Origin: a virus
Taxonomy: Duplodnaviria; Caudoviricetes
IMG/VR virus record: IMGVR_UViG_3300017761_002393
Location: 1 to 43,361 of that record
DNA: 43,361 nucleotides
Strand: one strand, 5' to 3'
Part shown: positions 1 to 7,865 of the stretch, in pieces
Layout: each line of letters starts with the position of its first letter
Position numbering within the stretch: position 1 is the first letter of the stretch
The notes under the pieces: generated by a model
What the model was told of the DNA's origin: nothing
Databases searched by the model: none
What the model saw: only the letters and a program-made list of their open reading frames with translations
Made by a program: the position numbers and the translations under genes

Positions 1-176
1 CCAACCTGCTTAATAACGTTGCCCGTTACTATCTCCTCTAACCAGTCGACAACTGTTTCTGGAAAGTCTGACAGCATGTCAGCAGGTTCTAATCCAAGAA
101 AGCGTCGGGGGATATTTGAGTTACGTAATATCCAGTGGCGTTTAAAAGGAGATAACGTTTCAATCTGATAAGTCAA
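1..176 (-). CDS. DnaC/IstB-like helicase loader ATPase, N-terminal part (runs off window; not in ORF track)
   Basis: Hand translation from TTG at 176 (GGGGAG SD upstream): MTYQIETLSPFKRHWILRNSNIPRRFLGLEPADMLSDFPETVVDWLEEIVTGNVIKQVG... The SNIPRRF motif is typical of DnaC-like N-termini, and the gene lies downstream of an HTH initiator. The ATPase motifs are outside the window. Confidence 0.55.
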   Translation of the reverse strand, partial: MTYQIETLSPFKRHWILRNSNIPRRFLGLEPADMLSDFPETVVDWLEEIVTGNVIKQV

Positions 177-363
177 CTGAGACTCCCCTGTCGTCGGTGT
201 ATTTGCCTTTACCGTTTGTAGTCATTCCTGTCTCTTGAATTGTTAAAACAAAGTACAACTCTCCTGGAAACAAGATGCCGACAATAACATCTAAAATTTT
301 AGACTTCCACTTGGGCATAGTGACGATAGCAAAGACGGGTAAATCTTTTTTCTTTTTAGCCAT
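160..363 (-). CDS. Hypothetical protein (67 aa)
   Basis: ORF overlapping both neighbours in a tightly packed operon, with a GGAG SD upstream. Confidence 0.6.
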   Translation of the reverse strand: MAKKKKDLPVFAIVTMPKWKSKILDVIVGILFPGELYFVLTIQETGMTTNGKGKYTDDRGVSVDLSD

Positions 364-574
364 CTCTTCTCCAATGCAAGAAAGACTTTACGTAAACCAC
401 TCCGTAAGCAACTGCTGCAACAATAAATCCGTATTGCTTGGTTGTCAAAGCATAAATAATCCAAAGGCACTCATTCATAAAAAGAACAGGCCAACCCCAA
501 ATTGCTTTTCGTCCTACAAGAAAAATACCTGCTACTCCAATAGTTGCAAGAATCCAGGACCAATACTGCATCAT
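356..574 (-). CDS. Small membrane protein, PnuC/nicotinamide-mononucleotide-transporter-like fragment
   Basis: MMQYWSWILATIGVAGIFLVGRKAIWGWPVLFMNECLWIIYALTTKQYGFIV has about 3 TM segments. The start at 574 overlaps the upstream stop (ATGA). Confidence 0.55.
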   Translation of the reverse strand: MMQYWSWILATIGVAGIFLVGRKAIWGWPVLFMNECLWIIYALTTKQYGFIVAAVAYGVVYVKSFLHWRRDG

Positions 575-651
575 TCTTTTTCCACCCATGTATACACAAG
601 CATTCCAATAGGAATACCAATTAAGATTCCGATGATGAGTGCAAGATTCAT
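571..651 (-). CDS. Tiny single-TM peptide (26 aa; not in ORF track)
   Basis: MNLALIIGILIGIPIGMLVYTWVEKE*, with ATGA overlaps at both ends and an AAGGA SD upstream. Confidence 0.55.
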   Translation of the reverse strand: MNLALIIGILIGIPIGMLVYTWVEKE

Positions 652-812
652 GTTAATTCCTTTTCCTGAATTCTTTTAACTGCTTCTGCAAATTTAGGGT
701 GCTGCACTTGATACTTTCCATTTGGGTCATGGACATGACACAGCCCGCCTCGAGATTCTTCCCCAACTACTTTGCAAAGTTTACCTGTAGCGGTTTTAGC
801 AACACACTGCAT
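648..812 (-). CDS. Small C3H zinc-finger-like protein (54 aa; not in ORF track)
   Basis: MQCVAKTATGKLCKVVGEESRGGLCHVHDPNGKYQVQHPKFAEAVKRIQEKELT* has a QCxAxTxxGxxC...CxxH pattern and is TAATG-coupled to the upstream gene. Confidence 0.65.
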   Translation of the reverse strand: MQCVAKTATGKLCKVVGEESRGGLCHVHDPNGKYQVQHPKFAEAVKRIQEKELT

Positions 813-982
813 TACTGACCTCCCCATCCTCCGCCTTTGAATTGAACTGCAGGTGGTGTAAATACTTTGCTCATTGCATTACCACAACGGTCACAGTTAG
901 GTCGCTCAGTAGAGTTAAAGGTTAAGTGCATCTCCACAAGACTGCCTTCGCAGGAATCGCATTTAAAATCATACTTAGGCAT
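812..982 (-). CDS. FmdB-family zinc-ribbon protein (56 aa; not in ORF track)
   Basis: MPKYDFKCDSCEGSLVEMHLTFNSTERPNCDRCGNAMSKVFTPPAVQFKGGGWGGQ* shows the canonical MPxYxxxCxxC...CxxCG...FKGxGW pattern. Confidence 0.85.
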   Translation of the reverse strand: MPKYDFKCDSCEGSLVEMHLTFNSTERPNCDRCGNAMSKVFTPPAVQFKGGGWGGQ

Positions 983-1940
983 TTAACTTTTTCTCATACC
1001 TTTCTAGCGCAGACCGACCTGCAATCGTGTTGTCGAATGTTCTTCCATCCGAAGCATAGATGACATCGGTAGTAATATCTTCTGACACGCCCTGAACGTT
1101 TGGCAGGACTATCCCAAGATTGTTATGCGCCTTGACCAGGTGGGTTTTAAACATCATTAGAAACTTCTTATACAAATACGGAGCCTCGTTGCCGATGCCT
1201 ATAAAGTTCTTTTGGTCAGCCATAAACATCTTTAACAACTCTAGTTCGACCAGGGCTGTCGTCTGATACTGATTACGTTGCTTGGCGAGTGCTCCCGCGA
1301 GGTGACTGACGTTGACAGTTCCTGGAAGCCAGGGAAACTTCTTGCCAACAAGGTAGGAGAACTCGGCTGCTACATCGCGACTTGTCCACTCTGCTGCTGG
1401 TCGTAGTCCTCGTGTCTTCGTGTCTTTCTTGCTCGGCGGTGTCCTCGGTGTCTCTGACTCCATCTTTCCGACACCACCAATGGAATCATCCTTGGCTTGC
1501 TCTTCACGCCAACTTTTATTCATTGATTCCTCACTTACTTTTTGTATTTTTATATTTTCATAACTAGTTTGACTAATATGACTATTAGGTACTAATAGTC
1601 TATTAACTAGATAGTCATAGTTACTATCTGCTCTATCTGTAGATGCCCTCTCTACAGGGCATACTGATGCCTCCCACAGAGGGCATAACAACTGGTATGT
1701 GTTTCCAGAATAGAACCCTCGCCCACGCTTTTTGCGATGTGTTTCAAGTAGTCCTTTGTCCTCTAAAGCCCGTAGAGCCTCTCTGACAGTGTTCCTAGAT
1801 TTAGCCTGCGTCGAGCAGCCGAGAGTATCCATTGGTTGCTCTATTACCCCGTCAGAGGTTGCTAAGGACCACAGTGTAACGAAGAGACGGAACTGGAAAT
1901 GGCTTAAATTCGCGTCGAGCAACCGAGATGAAAGGCTCAC
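975..1940 (-). CDS. Putative replication initiator with N-terminal winged HTH
   Basis: The N-terminal SRNTVREALRALEDKGLLE...NTYQL is a wHTH like phage replisome organisers. Internal repeats, an AT-rich tract and a downstream DnaC-like gene support the call. Confidence 0.6.
   Translation of the reverse strand: MSLSSRLLDANLSHFQFRLFVTLWSLATSDGVIEQPMDTLGCSTQAKSRNTVREALRALEDKGLLETHRKKRGRGFYSGNTYQLLCPLWEASVCPVERASTDRADSNYDYLVNRLLVPNSHISQTSYENIKIQKVSEESMNKSWREEQAKDDSIGGVGKMESETPRTPPSKKDTKTRGLRPAAEWTSRDVAAEFSYLVGKKFPWLPGTVNVSHLAGALAKQRNQYQTTALVELELLKMFMADQKNFIGIGNEAPYLYKKFLMMFKTHLVKAHNNLGIVLPNVQGVSEDITTDVIYASDGRTFDNTIAGRSALERYEKKLNA
1511..1687. other. Candidate replication origin inside the initiator gene
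   Basis: Two 22-nt imperfect direct repeats at 24-nt period (1642..1663, 1666..1687), palindromes at 1580..1600 and 1609..1629, and an AT-rich tract at ~1511..1565. Confidence 0.45.
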
Positions 1941-2404
1941 TCAGAGCGACGGTATTTGTGCTTACCATCGCCGTTGATTTGGTCCATCACCATCTTGTAA
2001 ATTAGTGCTGATAGGGATTCAGTGAAGTCTGCAAGCACTTCGTCTAGGTGCTCTTCTAACGCTTCTGTCTGTGTATCCACAATATTTAAGCCATTTGAAA
2101 TGTCCCATATATCTAAGCCTTTGTCATGTGCCCATTCAATAGCCTCGAAGCATTCATCCGATTCATCCCATGCGACAGCCAAAATGTCTTCCGCAACAAA
2201 AACTTCCATCAATTCATCAAGGTCTCCTCCTGTTCTAACAGAGATACCTTTTTCAGAAGCAGTGAGGATGATTTGGTCTTGTGTTTCATTTGGTTCGTGA
2301 GAGGGTAGAACAATCTCTGTAATGTTTTTCTTTTCCAGTAACATTCGCAAACCAACTGTTACGTCTAAATCATCAGCACCGCCAACAATTAATAATCGTG
2401 TCAT
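1937..2404 (-). CDS. Hypothetical acidic protein (Rossmann-like start)
   Basis: 155-aa ORF with an AGGAG SD, overlapping the initiator start by 4 nt. Confidence 0.7.
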   Translation of the reverse strand: MTRLLIVGGADDLDVTVGLRMLLEKKNITEIVLPSHEPNETQDQIILTASEKGISVRTGGDLDELMEVFVAEDILAVAWDESDECFEAIEWAHDKGLDIWDISNGLNIVDTQTEALEEHLDEVLADFTESLSALIYKMVMDQINGDGKHKYRRSE

Positions 2405-2413
2405 TTTATGCTC

Positions 2414-2668
2414 CTAGTATCGTCGAATTGGTTGAACACTTACTTCTTCTTTAGTTAAAAACATTGTGATTCCTAATGCTAAAAATGAACTAGCGGGAGC
2501 AAAGAGTGCTGTTTCTATCCATGGGTAACCAAATAGCCAACAAAACAAAACAGCGAATGGCAAAGCAACAAATCCACGTAGTTTTTTTAAATCGTAGAAG
2601 GCTTGAATTGCCTCAGTAAAATATGCAACAGCAAAAGAGATTACGAGTAGTTCTATGAGTAGGTCCAT
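2414..2668 (-). CDS. Holin-like membrane protein
   Basis: 84 aa with 2-3 hydrophobic helices and a charged C-terminus, directly after the tail genes. Confidence 0.5.
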   Translation of the reverse strand: MDLLIELLVISFAVAYFTEAIQAFYDLKKLRGFVALPFAVLFCWLFGYPWIETALFAPASSFLALGITMFLTKEEVSVQPIRRY

Positions 2669-2680
2669 GGGTGTATCTTA
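2669..2680 (-). promoter_or_regulatory. Putative leaderless promoter (-10 TAAGAT)
   Basis: The minus strand reads TAAGAT-ACACCC-ATG, a TANNNT hexamer 6 nt before the ATG with no SD. Confidence 0.4.
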
Positions 2681-2691
2681 GACCTAAATTT

Positions 2692-4884
2692 CTACGGGGC
2701 GAAACTTCCCTCGACACCTGAGTGACTTCTAATACGATAAGGAATATGCCTTGGAACCCAGTTATCTAGGGTTTGGAGCAACCGTGGGATTTTGATGTTT
2801 TTGTCTGTGTAGTAAAATGATTTTGAAGCATGGGCAGTCCCTGACCAAACAACACCGTAATCGGCGGGCATAGAGCCGTCAAAGTACTCTGATGGTGCAT
2901 AGCCACGTTCTACCTGTGCGTTATCAAGAGTTACGGTTTGCCCAGTCAAAGTTCCAGAAACACTTGCGGTCATTGTAATAGTATCGTTGGGGGAAAAGTC
3001 AATAGGGATGTAGACAGTGGTGTAGAACCGTTGCCAATCAGTTGTTAAAGCACATGATTGAACCGCACTTTCTGCGTCACTGCCCGTTTCGTCAGTAACT
3101 CCCAAAGTGATGTTCACAGTGCAAGCAGCACTTGCTTTTAGATAAATAGAAAACACGTAGTTGCTGTCGTCATAAATTTTATACGTAGATGACGTTGCAC
3201 AGGTAGTTGTTGCTGATAGAGCATTTTGTCCACTGAGTCTAAGTGCTTGTGCTCCTGGAACACCTGTTGGGACATCGGCAACCAAAGTTTTTGAAGAGTT
3301 AGTAGTCCATAAGTTTCCGTTTGTTTCAAAGGATGGATTGCTAATTAGGTTTATTTTTTTAGGCTCTAAAAATATATCTAATCCCCGTGGTTCATCATAA
3401 TTTGTAACGTCAATTGTTTTTCCAAGTTGAACCATATCGACGTAGTAGGTTCCAGTCGTTGTTAGGTAAATTCTAATACCAGCGTAGGCAGCACCTGCTG
3501 GTGATGTTGCAACCAAAGTAGTTCGCTGAACTTGACCAATTGTTCCAAGTTCAGTTCCTAAAACTCTAGAACCAATTATTTTACCTAGTTCGTTGTACCA
3601 ATACAAGGCTGGTGTTAAAGTTCCATTAGCAAGTGTTTTTGCGTAAAACGATAGCGTGTAACTTGTAGCAGGGATAACGGGGATACCCTTTGTAATAGGA
3701 GCATCGCGACCTAAAGACATTGCGGTTCCCCCAGCAGCAGTTCCTGTTGCAGCAGTAGGAATCATAGGGGCGTTAACACTTGCGTAGGTAAACGTCGTAG
3801 TCGTTGGCACTGTTGTAACCGTAAAGGTTCCGTTGTAGTTTGCATCTACTCCCGCAACAGTAACGGTATCGCCAATTTCTAATCCGTGTGCAACGTTAGT
3901 TGTTAACGTAGCCACGTCATTAAATCTTTGTTTAAAAGTAACTGTTGGCAAAATGGTTATTACTTTACCTGACCAAATTGTGTCAATAGCGTTTGTTCCC
4001 GTTGCTAAAGTTTGAGTGCTATCTGCTGATAATGTTCCAGCAGTTGCTGTCCAACGACCAAAACCTTCTTTAAAGGTAGCGTCCTGCATATCCAAAAGTA
4101 AATTGGGGGACCGTGTTAAAACAGGGGCATAACCACTTAAAGATTCAATGTAATTATTGATGCCTAGTTCGGTTCCTTTTAAAGCAAAAAGTCTTGCAGA
4201 TTCACGCACTAACTTTTTTTGATTTTTAAATGCTAAGCCTCGTTCTAGGTAAAGGCCATAACTTAAAAACTTATACCCCAAAAATTGTGGAGGAAGTTTA
4301 GACTCTCCAAAAGAAGGTTTAATTAAGTCGGCATAGGTAATAATTTGGTCGTAAGTAAACCCAAAAGCGTCTAAAAAATTGTAAAGAAAGGTGTCTTTTT
4401 CAATAGGTCCAGTAGGACTTCCATCTTTAGCCGTAAAAATTCTAGGAAGCATATTGTACAAAGAGTCTGTACCGTTTAATTTTTGAGGAATTAAGACGTA
4501 AGTAGAACCAGCAGAAACCCAAACTTTTGTAGATGTATAAAGAAAGACTGTGTAATAGATAAATTGCCCAGAAATTAGACCTTTATAGTATGTTTCTAAA
4601 ACGTTTTCTTCACCATCAATAATAGAGTTTCGAGAAATTTGCCCACTAATATTTGTAGTAGAAATTTGTTGCCAAACGATTGTTCCATCTTCGGCACTTT
4701 CAGGGAAGTTAGTATTATTTCTAACAAGCCTGAATTGGGAAAAATCTCCTTGGGGTAACTGCCAAAATAGTTGTACTTTGTCGTAAGTTAACGCAGAAGC
4801 AATGAACGGTGTGACGTTGTAGACAAGACGCGGAGAGTTACCGTAATACGCTCCACGATAAATGGAACCAGCATATTTTGCCAC
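2692..4884 (-). CDS. Baseplate wedge/tail protein (P2 gpI-like) with carbohydrate-binding-like domains
   Basis: The gpI-like core is LYNMLPRIF...LYNFLDAFGFTYDQI...KGTELGI. Two CBM4/9-like modules (NLISNPSFET..W; YTLSFYAK; YVDMVQL) and YFDG motifs are present. Confidence 0.7.
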   Translation of the reverse strand: MAKYAGSIYRGAYYGNSPRLVYNVTPFIASALTYDKVQLFWQLPQGDFSQFRLVRNNTNFPESAEDGTIVWQQISTTNISGQISRNSIIDGEENVLETYYKGLISGQFIYYTVFLYTSTKVWVSAGSTYVLIPQKLNGTDSLYNMLPRIFTAKDGSPTGPIEKDTFLYNFLDAFGFTYDQIITYADLIKPSFGESKLPPQFLGYKFLSYGLYLERGLAFKNQKKLVRESARLFALKGTELGINNYIESLSGYAPVLTRSPNLLLDMQDATFKEGFGRWTATAGTLSADSTQTLATGTNAIDTIWSGKVITILPTVTFKQRFNDVATLTTNVAHGLEIGDTVTVAGVDANYNGTFTVTTVPTTTTFTYASVNAPMIPTAATGTAAGGTAMSLGRDAPITKGIPVIPATSYTLSFYAKTLANGTLTPALYWYNELGKIIGSRVLGTELGTIGQVQRTTLVATSPAGAAYAGIRIYLTTTGTYYVDMVQLGKTIDVTNYDEPRGLDIFLEPKKINLISNPSFETNGNLWTTNSSKTLVADVPTGVPGAQALRLSGQNALSATTTCATSSTYKIYDDSNYVFSIYLKASAACTVNITLGVTDETGSDAESAVQSCALTTDWQRFYTTVYIPIDFSPNDTITMTASVSGTLTGQTVTLDNAQVERGYAPSEYFDGSMPADYGVVWSGTAHASKSFYYTDKNIKIPRLLQTLDNWVPRHIPYRIRSHSGVEGSFAP

Positions 4885-4895
4885 TGGTTCACCTC

Positions 4896-5333
4896 CTAAA
4901 CCATCTGAATAGCGAGGTAATCAACAAATAGTGTTATAGGACTTTGTGAATCTGTAATTGCAACGCTCATTACTGCTTCATAACCAAATTGAGTGGTACT
5001 CACTGCTTTTGCTGTTGCATAACCGTTTTTAACAGTTGTTCCGTATCGAACTTGTAGAAATACGAGAGGTGTAGAGGTAAAACGTCCCACACCAAAAGTT
5101 TTAGTTCCAATAATTAATTGGTCACCAGTAATTGTTGTAGTGAGGTTGACTGTCCCTGTTTCAATAGCGTAAGGAACTTGTCCTGCTCGAGTAATTCTTC
5201 CAGAAAAAGTTTGAGCACCTGAAAAGGTATTGTCAGCAACTTTTGAGGCATAGGAAGTTAAATCAGGTAGGGCAATAGCAAGGGAGTCCCAAGCATTCCC
5301 ATTCCAAACGTATACTTCTCTATATGTAGGCAT
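4896..5333 (-). CDS. Small tail fibre/lectin-like protein
   Basis: VYVWNGNAW motif, NTFSGAQTFS fibre repeat and an H-type-lectin-like C-terminus (FTSTPLVFLQ...VDYLAIQ). Confidence 0.55.
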   Translation of the reverse strand: MPTYREVYVWNGNAWDSLAIALPDLTSYASKVADNTFSGAQTFSGRITRAGQVPYAIETGTVNLTTTITGDQLIIGTKTFGVGRFTSTPLVFLQVRYGTTVKNGYATAKAVSTTQFGYEAVMSVAITDSQSPITLFVDYLAIQMV

Positions 5334-5335
5334 TT

Positions 5336-5521
5336 TTACTCAGGGATACTAAACTTCGTGCCGTCGTATTTCATACCAGCAACAACATTGTCTTTTTCTC
5401 TATTAAACTCAACTGCTTGTGGTTGACTTAGAAAAATAGCAGCAAGTTTGTCATCGGTTTGAAGTATTTCTGCAACTTCTCCATCAATTATAAAAGCCAG
5501 CATTCTGTTAGTATCCGCCAT
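5336..5521 (-). CDS. Small fibre-associated protein (putative chaperone)
   Basis: 61 aa with an AFIIDGEV...GMKYDGTKF pattern, resembling small proteins encoded after phage adhesins. Confidence 0.55.
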   Translation of the reverse strand: MADTNRMLAFIIDGEVAEILQTDDKLAAIFLSQPQAVEFNREKDNVVAGMKYDGTKFSIPE

Positions 5522-5522
5522 T

Positions 5523-5804
5523 TTATTCTCCTTCTGGGTTTGTAGGTTCTATGGTAACAGTCCCCCATAGTCCAATGGGGCATGAAGCATGGGCTAATTT
5601 TGTTTTTTCTGTCATAAAACAGCCACATTTAGTACATGTTTTAGTCAATTTAATCAAATGCTTACAACCCAGACAATGGTTAAGTCGATACTGTGCCGTT
5701 TCATCGTCTACTCGTTTTACGTTAGGGTTAATTAAATCCCAAGGACGAACAGCATCACCTGGGTTTTTTTCTTTCCATAACTGCCACGGACTTTTTTCAC
5801 TCAT
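5523..5804 (-). CDS. Cys-rich DUF6171-like protein
   Basis: RLNHCLGCKHL...TCTKCGCFMTEKTKLAHASCPIGLW contains 6 Cys in an R-x3-CxxC...CxxCGC...K...CP..W pattern. Confidence 0.7.
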   Translation of the reverse strand: MSEKSPWQLWKEKNPGDAVRPWDLINPNVKRVDDETAQYRLNHCLGCKHLIKLTKTCTKCGCFMTEKTKLAHASCPIGLWGTVTIEPTNPEGE

Positions 5805-5805
5805 A

Positions 5806-7119
5806 TTATGCTCCTGGTTGCTTTACCTGTATTGAACCAATTGTAGTACCTTCTTGGTAATTTGAAGGATACCCAAATATACCAAAGTTACTTCCTACGG
5901 GGGAAATAAAAGAAGAATAGGAAAGAACCTTAATTTGGTCTGCGTAGGCGTTATCCCTGTAGACGTTTATTGCCATGTTAGTGCCAACACCAAGGACTCT
6001 AAGAGCCTTAAAGTTTTCGCCAATATCAAAGTCTTGTTCTACAGTAAGAACCCCATTAACTGACTTAACTAAGTAAAGCCTATAGAAATAATTATAACCC
6101 GTAGCGGTTGATAAAGCCTGCGGACATACTTGACGAGAGCCTGTTTGTGCACAGTTTGGATAACCACAAGCAACATTTATCGTAGAAGTTCCCCCTGGGC
6201 AAGTTACTACAGTTGTGTAGGTTTGAGGGTTGTACTCTAGACATTCCCCTGTAACAGGCGTATACCCAGCACAATACTCCGACCAAAAACCAGGCTGACG
6301 TGTACACGAACGTTGCGTTACGTAGGACGTTCTACATACAGTATCTCTATCGCAACAAATAGTTGAGTATGTGGTTGTTCCTGGAGTAGTTGTACAACGA
6401 GTGATTCTATCTTCGCGAGTACAGGTTGTAACGCTTGGAGTAGTAGTTGCTCTTTGGCAGTATTTAATACATTCGTTTGTACAAGTTTGTGTAGGAACGA
6501 GTGTATCCGTACATAATATCTCACCGTCAATGTAAGTAGATGTACAGCCATAACCAACAAGTCGGTCAGCAGCACGGGTTTTACAAGTCAATGCATCGGC
6601 TTGTTGGTAAGAAGAATACCCTCCAGGACAAATTGTTTGCTGACAGATATTATCTACGATGCAATAGCCTTCATTAACTAGTGCTACTGCACAGTAAGAG
6701 TAGGTATAAGAAACTTGGTTATTCCAACCAACTAAGCCCCACCAAGTAGTAGAAGACTCTGCTCTAACTATTACGCCAACTCCTGGAACCATCTCATTTG
6801 CTTGAAGTTCAAAATCTGTTAGACCAGCATCAACTATAGCAAGGGGGTAGGTAGATTTTGAGGTAGTGAGACTTGCTTTACCATCAAGGATATTCCATGT
6901 ACCTCTAGGAGCAGTCCATGCTTGTCCTGTAGGAGAAGTTCCTAATGTTGTAGCGTTGGTTCTTTCAAAAAAATCTTTAAACTCCGACACAAAAAACTTA
7001 CGCCAAGTACCATCAACGTTTACGTAACCTTCTTTAGCCTTTATCCAAGCACCACCGCTTTTAAAAAAGACTGAACCTGAAGAGACGTAATTGTTGGCGA
7101 CTTTAATCTGAATAGGCAT
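5806..7119 (-). CDS. Tail-associated protein: beta-sandwich with an inserted 22-Cys mirror-symmetric segment
   Basis: N-terminal fibre-attachment motif (GGAWIKAKEGYVNVDGTWRKFF) and a lectin-like frame (DFFERTN...GTWNI...GVIVRA...FGIFG). All 22 Cys fall in residues 143-332. Confidence 0.75.
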   Translation of the reverse strand: MPIQIKVANNYVSSGSVFFKSGGAWIKAKEGYVNVDGTWRKFFVSEFKDFFERTNATTLGTSPTGQAWTAPRGTWNILDGKASLTTSKSTYPLAIVDAGLTDFELQANEMVPGVGVIVRAESSTTWWGLVGWNNQVSYTYSYCAVALVNEGYCIVDNICQQTICPGGYSSYQQADALTCKTRAADRLVGYGCTSTYIDGEILCTDTLVPTQTCTNECIKYCQRATTTPSVTTCTREDRITRCTTTPGTTTYSTICCDRDTVCRTSYVTQRSCTRQPGFWSEYCAGYTPVTGECLEYNPQTYTTVVTCPGGTSTINVACGYPNCAQTGSRQVCPQALSTATGYNYFYRLYLVKSVNGVLTVEQDFDIGENFKALRVLGVGTNMAINVYRDNAYADQIKVLSYSSFISPVGSNFGIFGYPSNYQEGTTIGSIQVKQPGA

Positions 7120-7130
7120 AGTACCTAGAC

Positions 7131-7799
7131 CTACACAGTGTACTTAAGCCAAATATCTCCGTTATTTCCGCCAGTTGGGTCAGAAGTAGACACGGTGATA
7201 TTACGAAGGCGGGAAGTTAATGCTTGGTCACCAGTGAGTGTTCCTCCAGTAATTTGGATAGTTGTGTCCACAGATAAAACTGAAGGGTTTGAATCAGAGT
7301 CTACCCAAATAGTTCCTTGAGGTAACCCCAACGCTACGCCATCTGGTTGAGTCTGCTGATGAAGAACAGGTTTGATTTCCTGGCTGTTGATGAAAAGTTT
7401 TCCATCTTTATCAATCTTAGTTAAAGTTGTTCCTGCTGAGTTTTCAAATCTTAGTAAGTCTGCTGTTTGGCTAGAAAATCCCTTTAGTTTAAGAGGAATA
7501 ATTGCTGCACCGTTTGCCTGAATAGTGTCGCCACCAGTATTGTGTGTGTATTGAGTGTGAGAGTCATTGACTACGCCGTATTCAAGATTTGCAATACGGG
7601 CTTTTAAAGTTGCCCAAGATGTTGTGGTTTTATCAAGAGTGCCTACCCAACCAGCACTTATTTGTGGGTCGGTTCCAATAGTTGCTTGTAGAGCACGAAC
7701 TTCATCTTGTAGAGCATTAACGTGGTCTGCTAATACGAGGTCGGTAAAGTCAACCTTGGTAGTAAAGCCTTTGACACCTGCGGGATACGAAGCGGGCAT
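7131..7799 (-). CDS. Tail fibre/collar-type structural protein
   Basis: LADHVNALQDEVRALQATIG anchor motif and a C-terminal ITVSTSDPTGGNNGDIWLKY motif typical of fibre proximal parts. Confidence 0.6.
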   Translation of the reverse strand: MPASYPAGVKGFTTKVDFTDLVLADHVNALQDEVRALQATIGTDPQISAGWVGTLDKTTTSWATLKARIANLEYGVVNDSHTQYTHNTGGDTIQANGAAIIPLKLKGFSSQTADLLRFENSAGTTLTKIDKDGKLFINSQEIKPVLHQQTQPDGVALGLPQGTIWVDSDSNPSVLSVDTTIQITGGTLTGDQALTSRLRNITVSTSDPTGGNNGDIWLKYTV

Positions 7800-7865
7800 A
7801 ATTATTCTCCTAAACGACTAAGGTCAATTTTGACGCTAAACAAGGGGTTTGACTCCCTAAACAAC

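Noticed and set aside
275-679. 134-aa plus-strand ORF
   Set aside because: It is antisense to a chain of coupled minus-strand genes and has no recognisable motif.
2692-7799. Diversity-generating retroelement or invertase shufflon acting on fibres
   Set aside because: No reverse transcriptase, recombinase or adenine-mismatched TR/VR repeat pair was seen in the window, though one could lie outside it.
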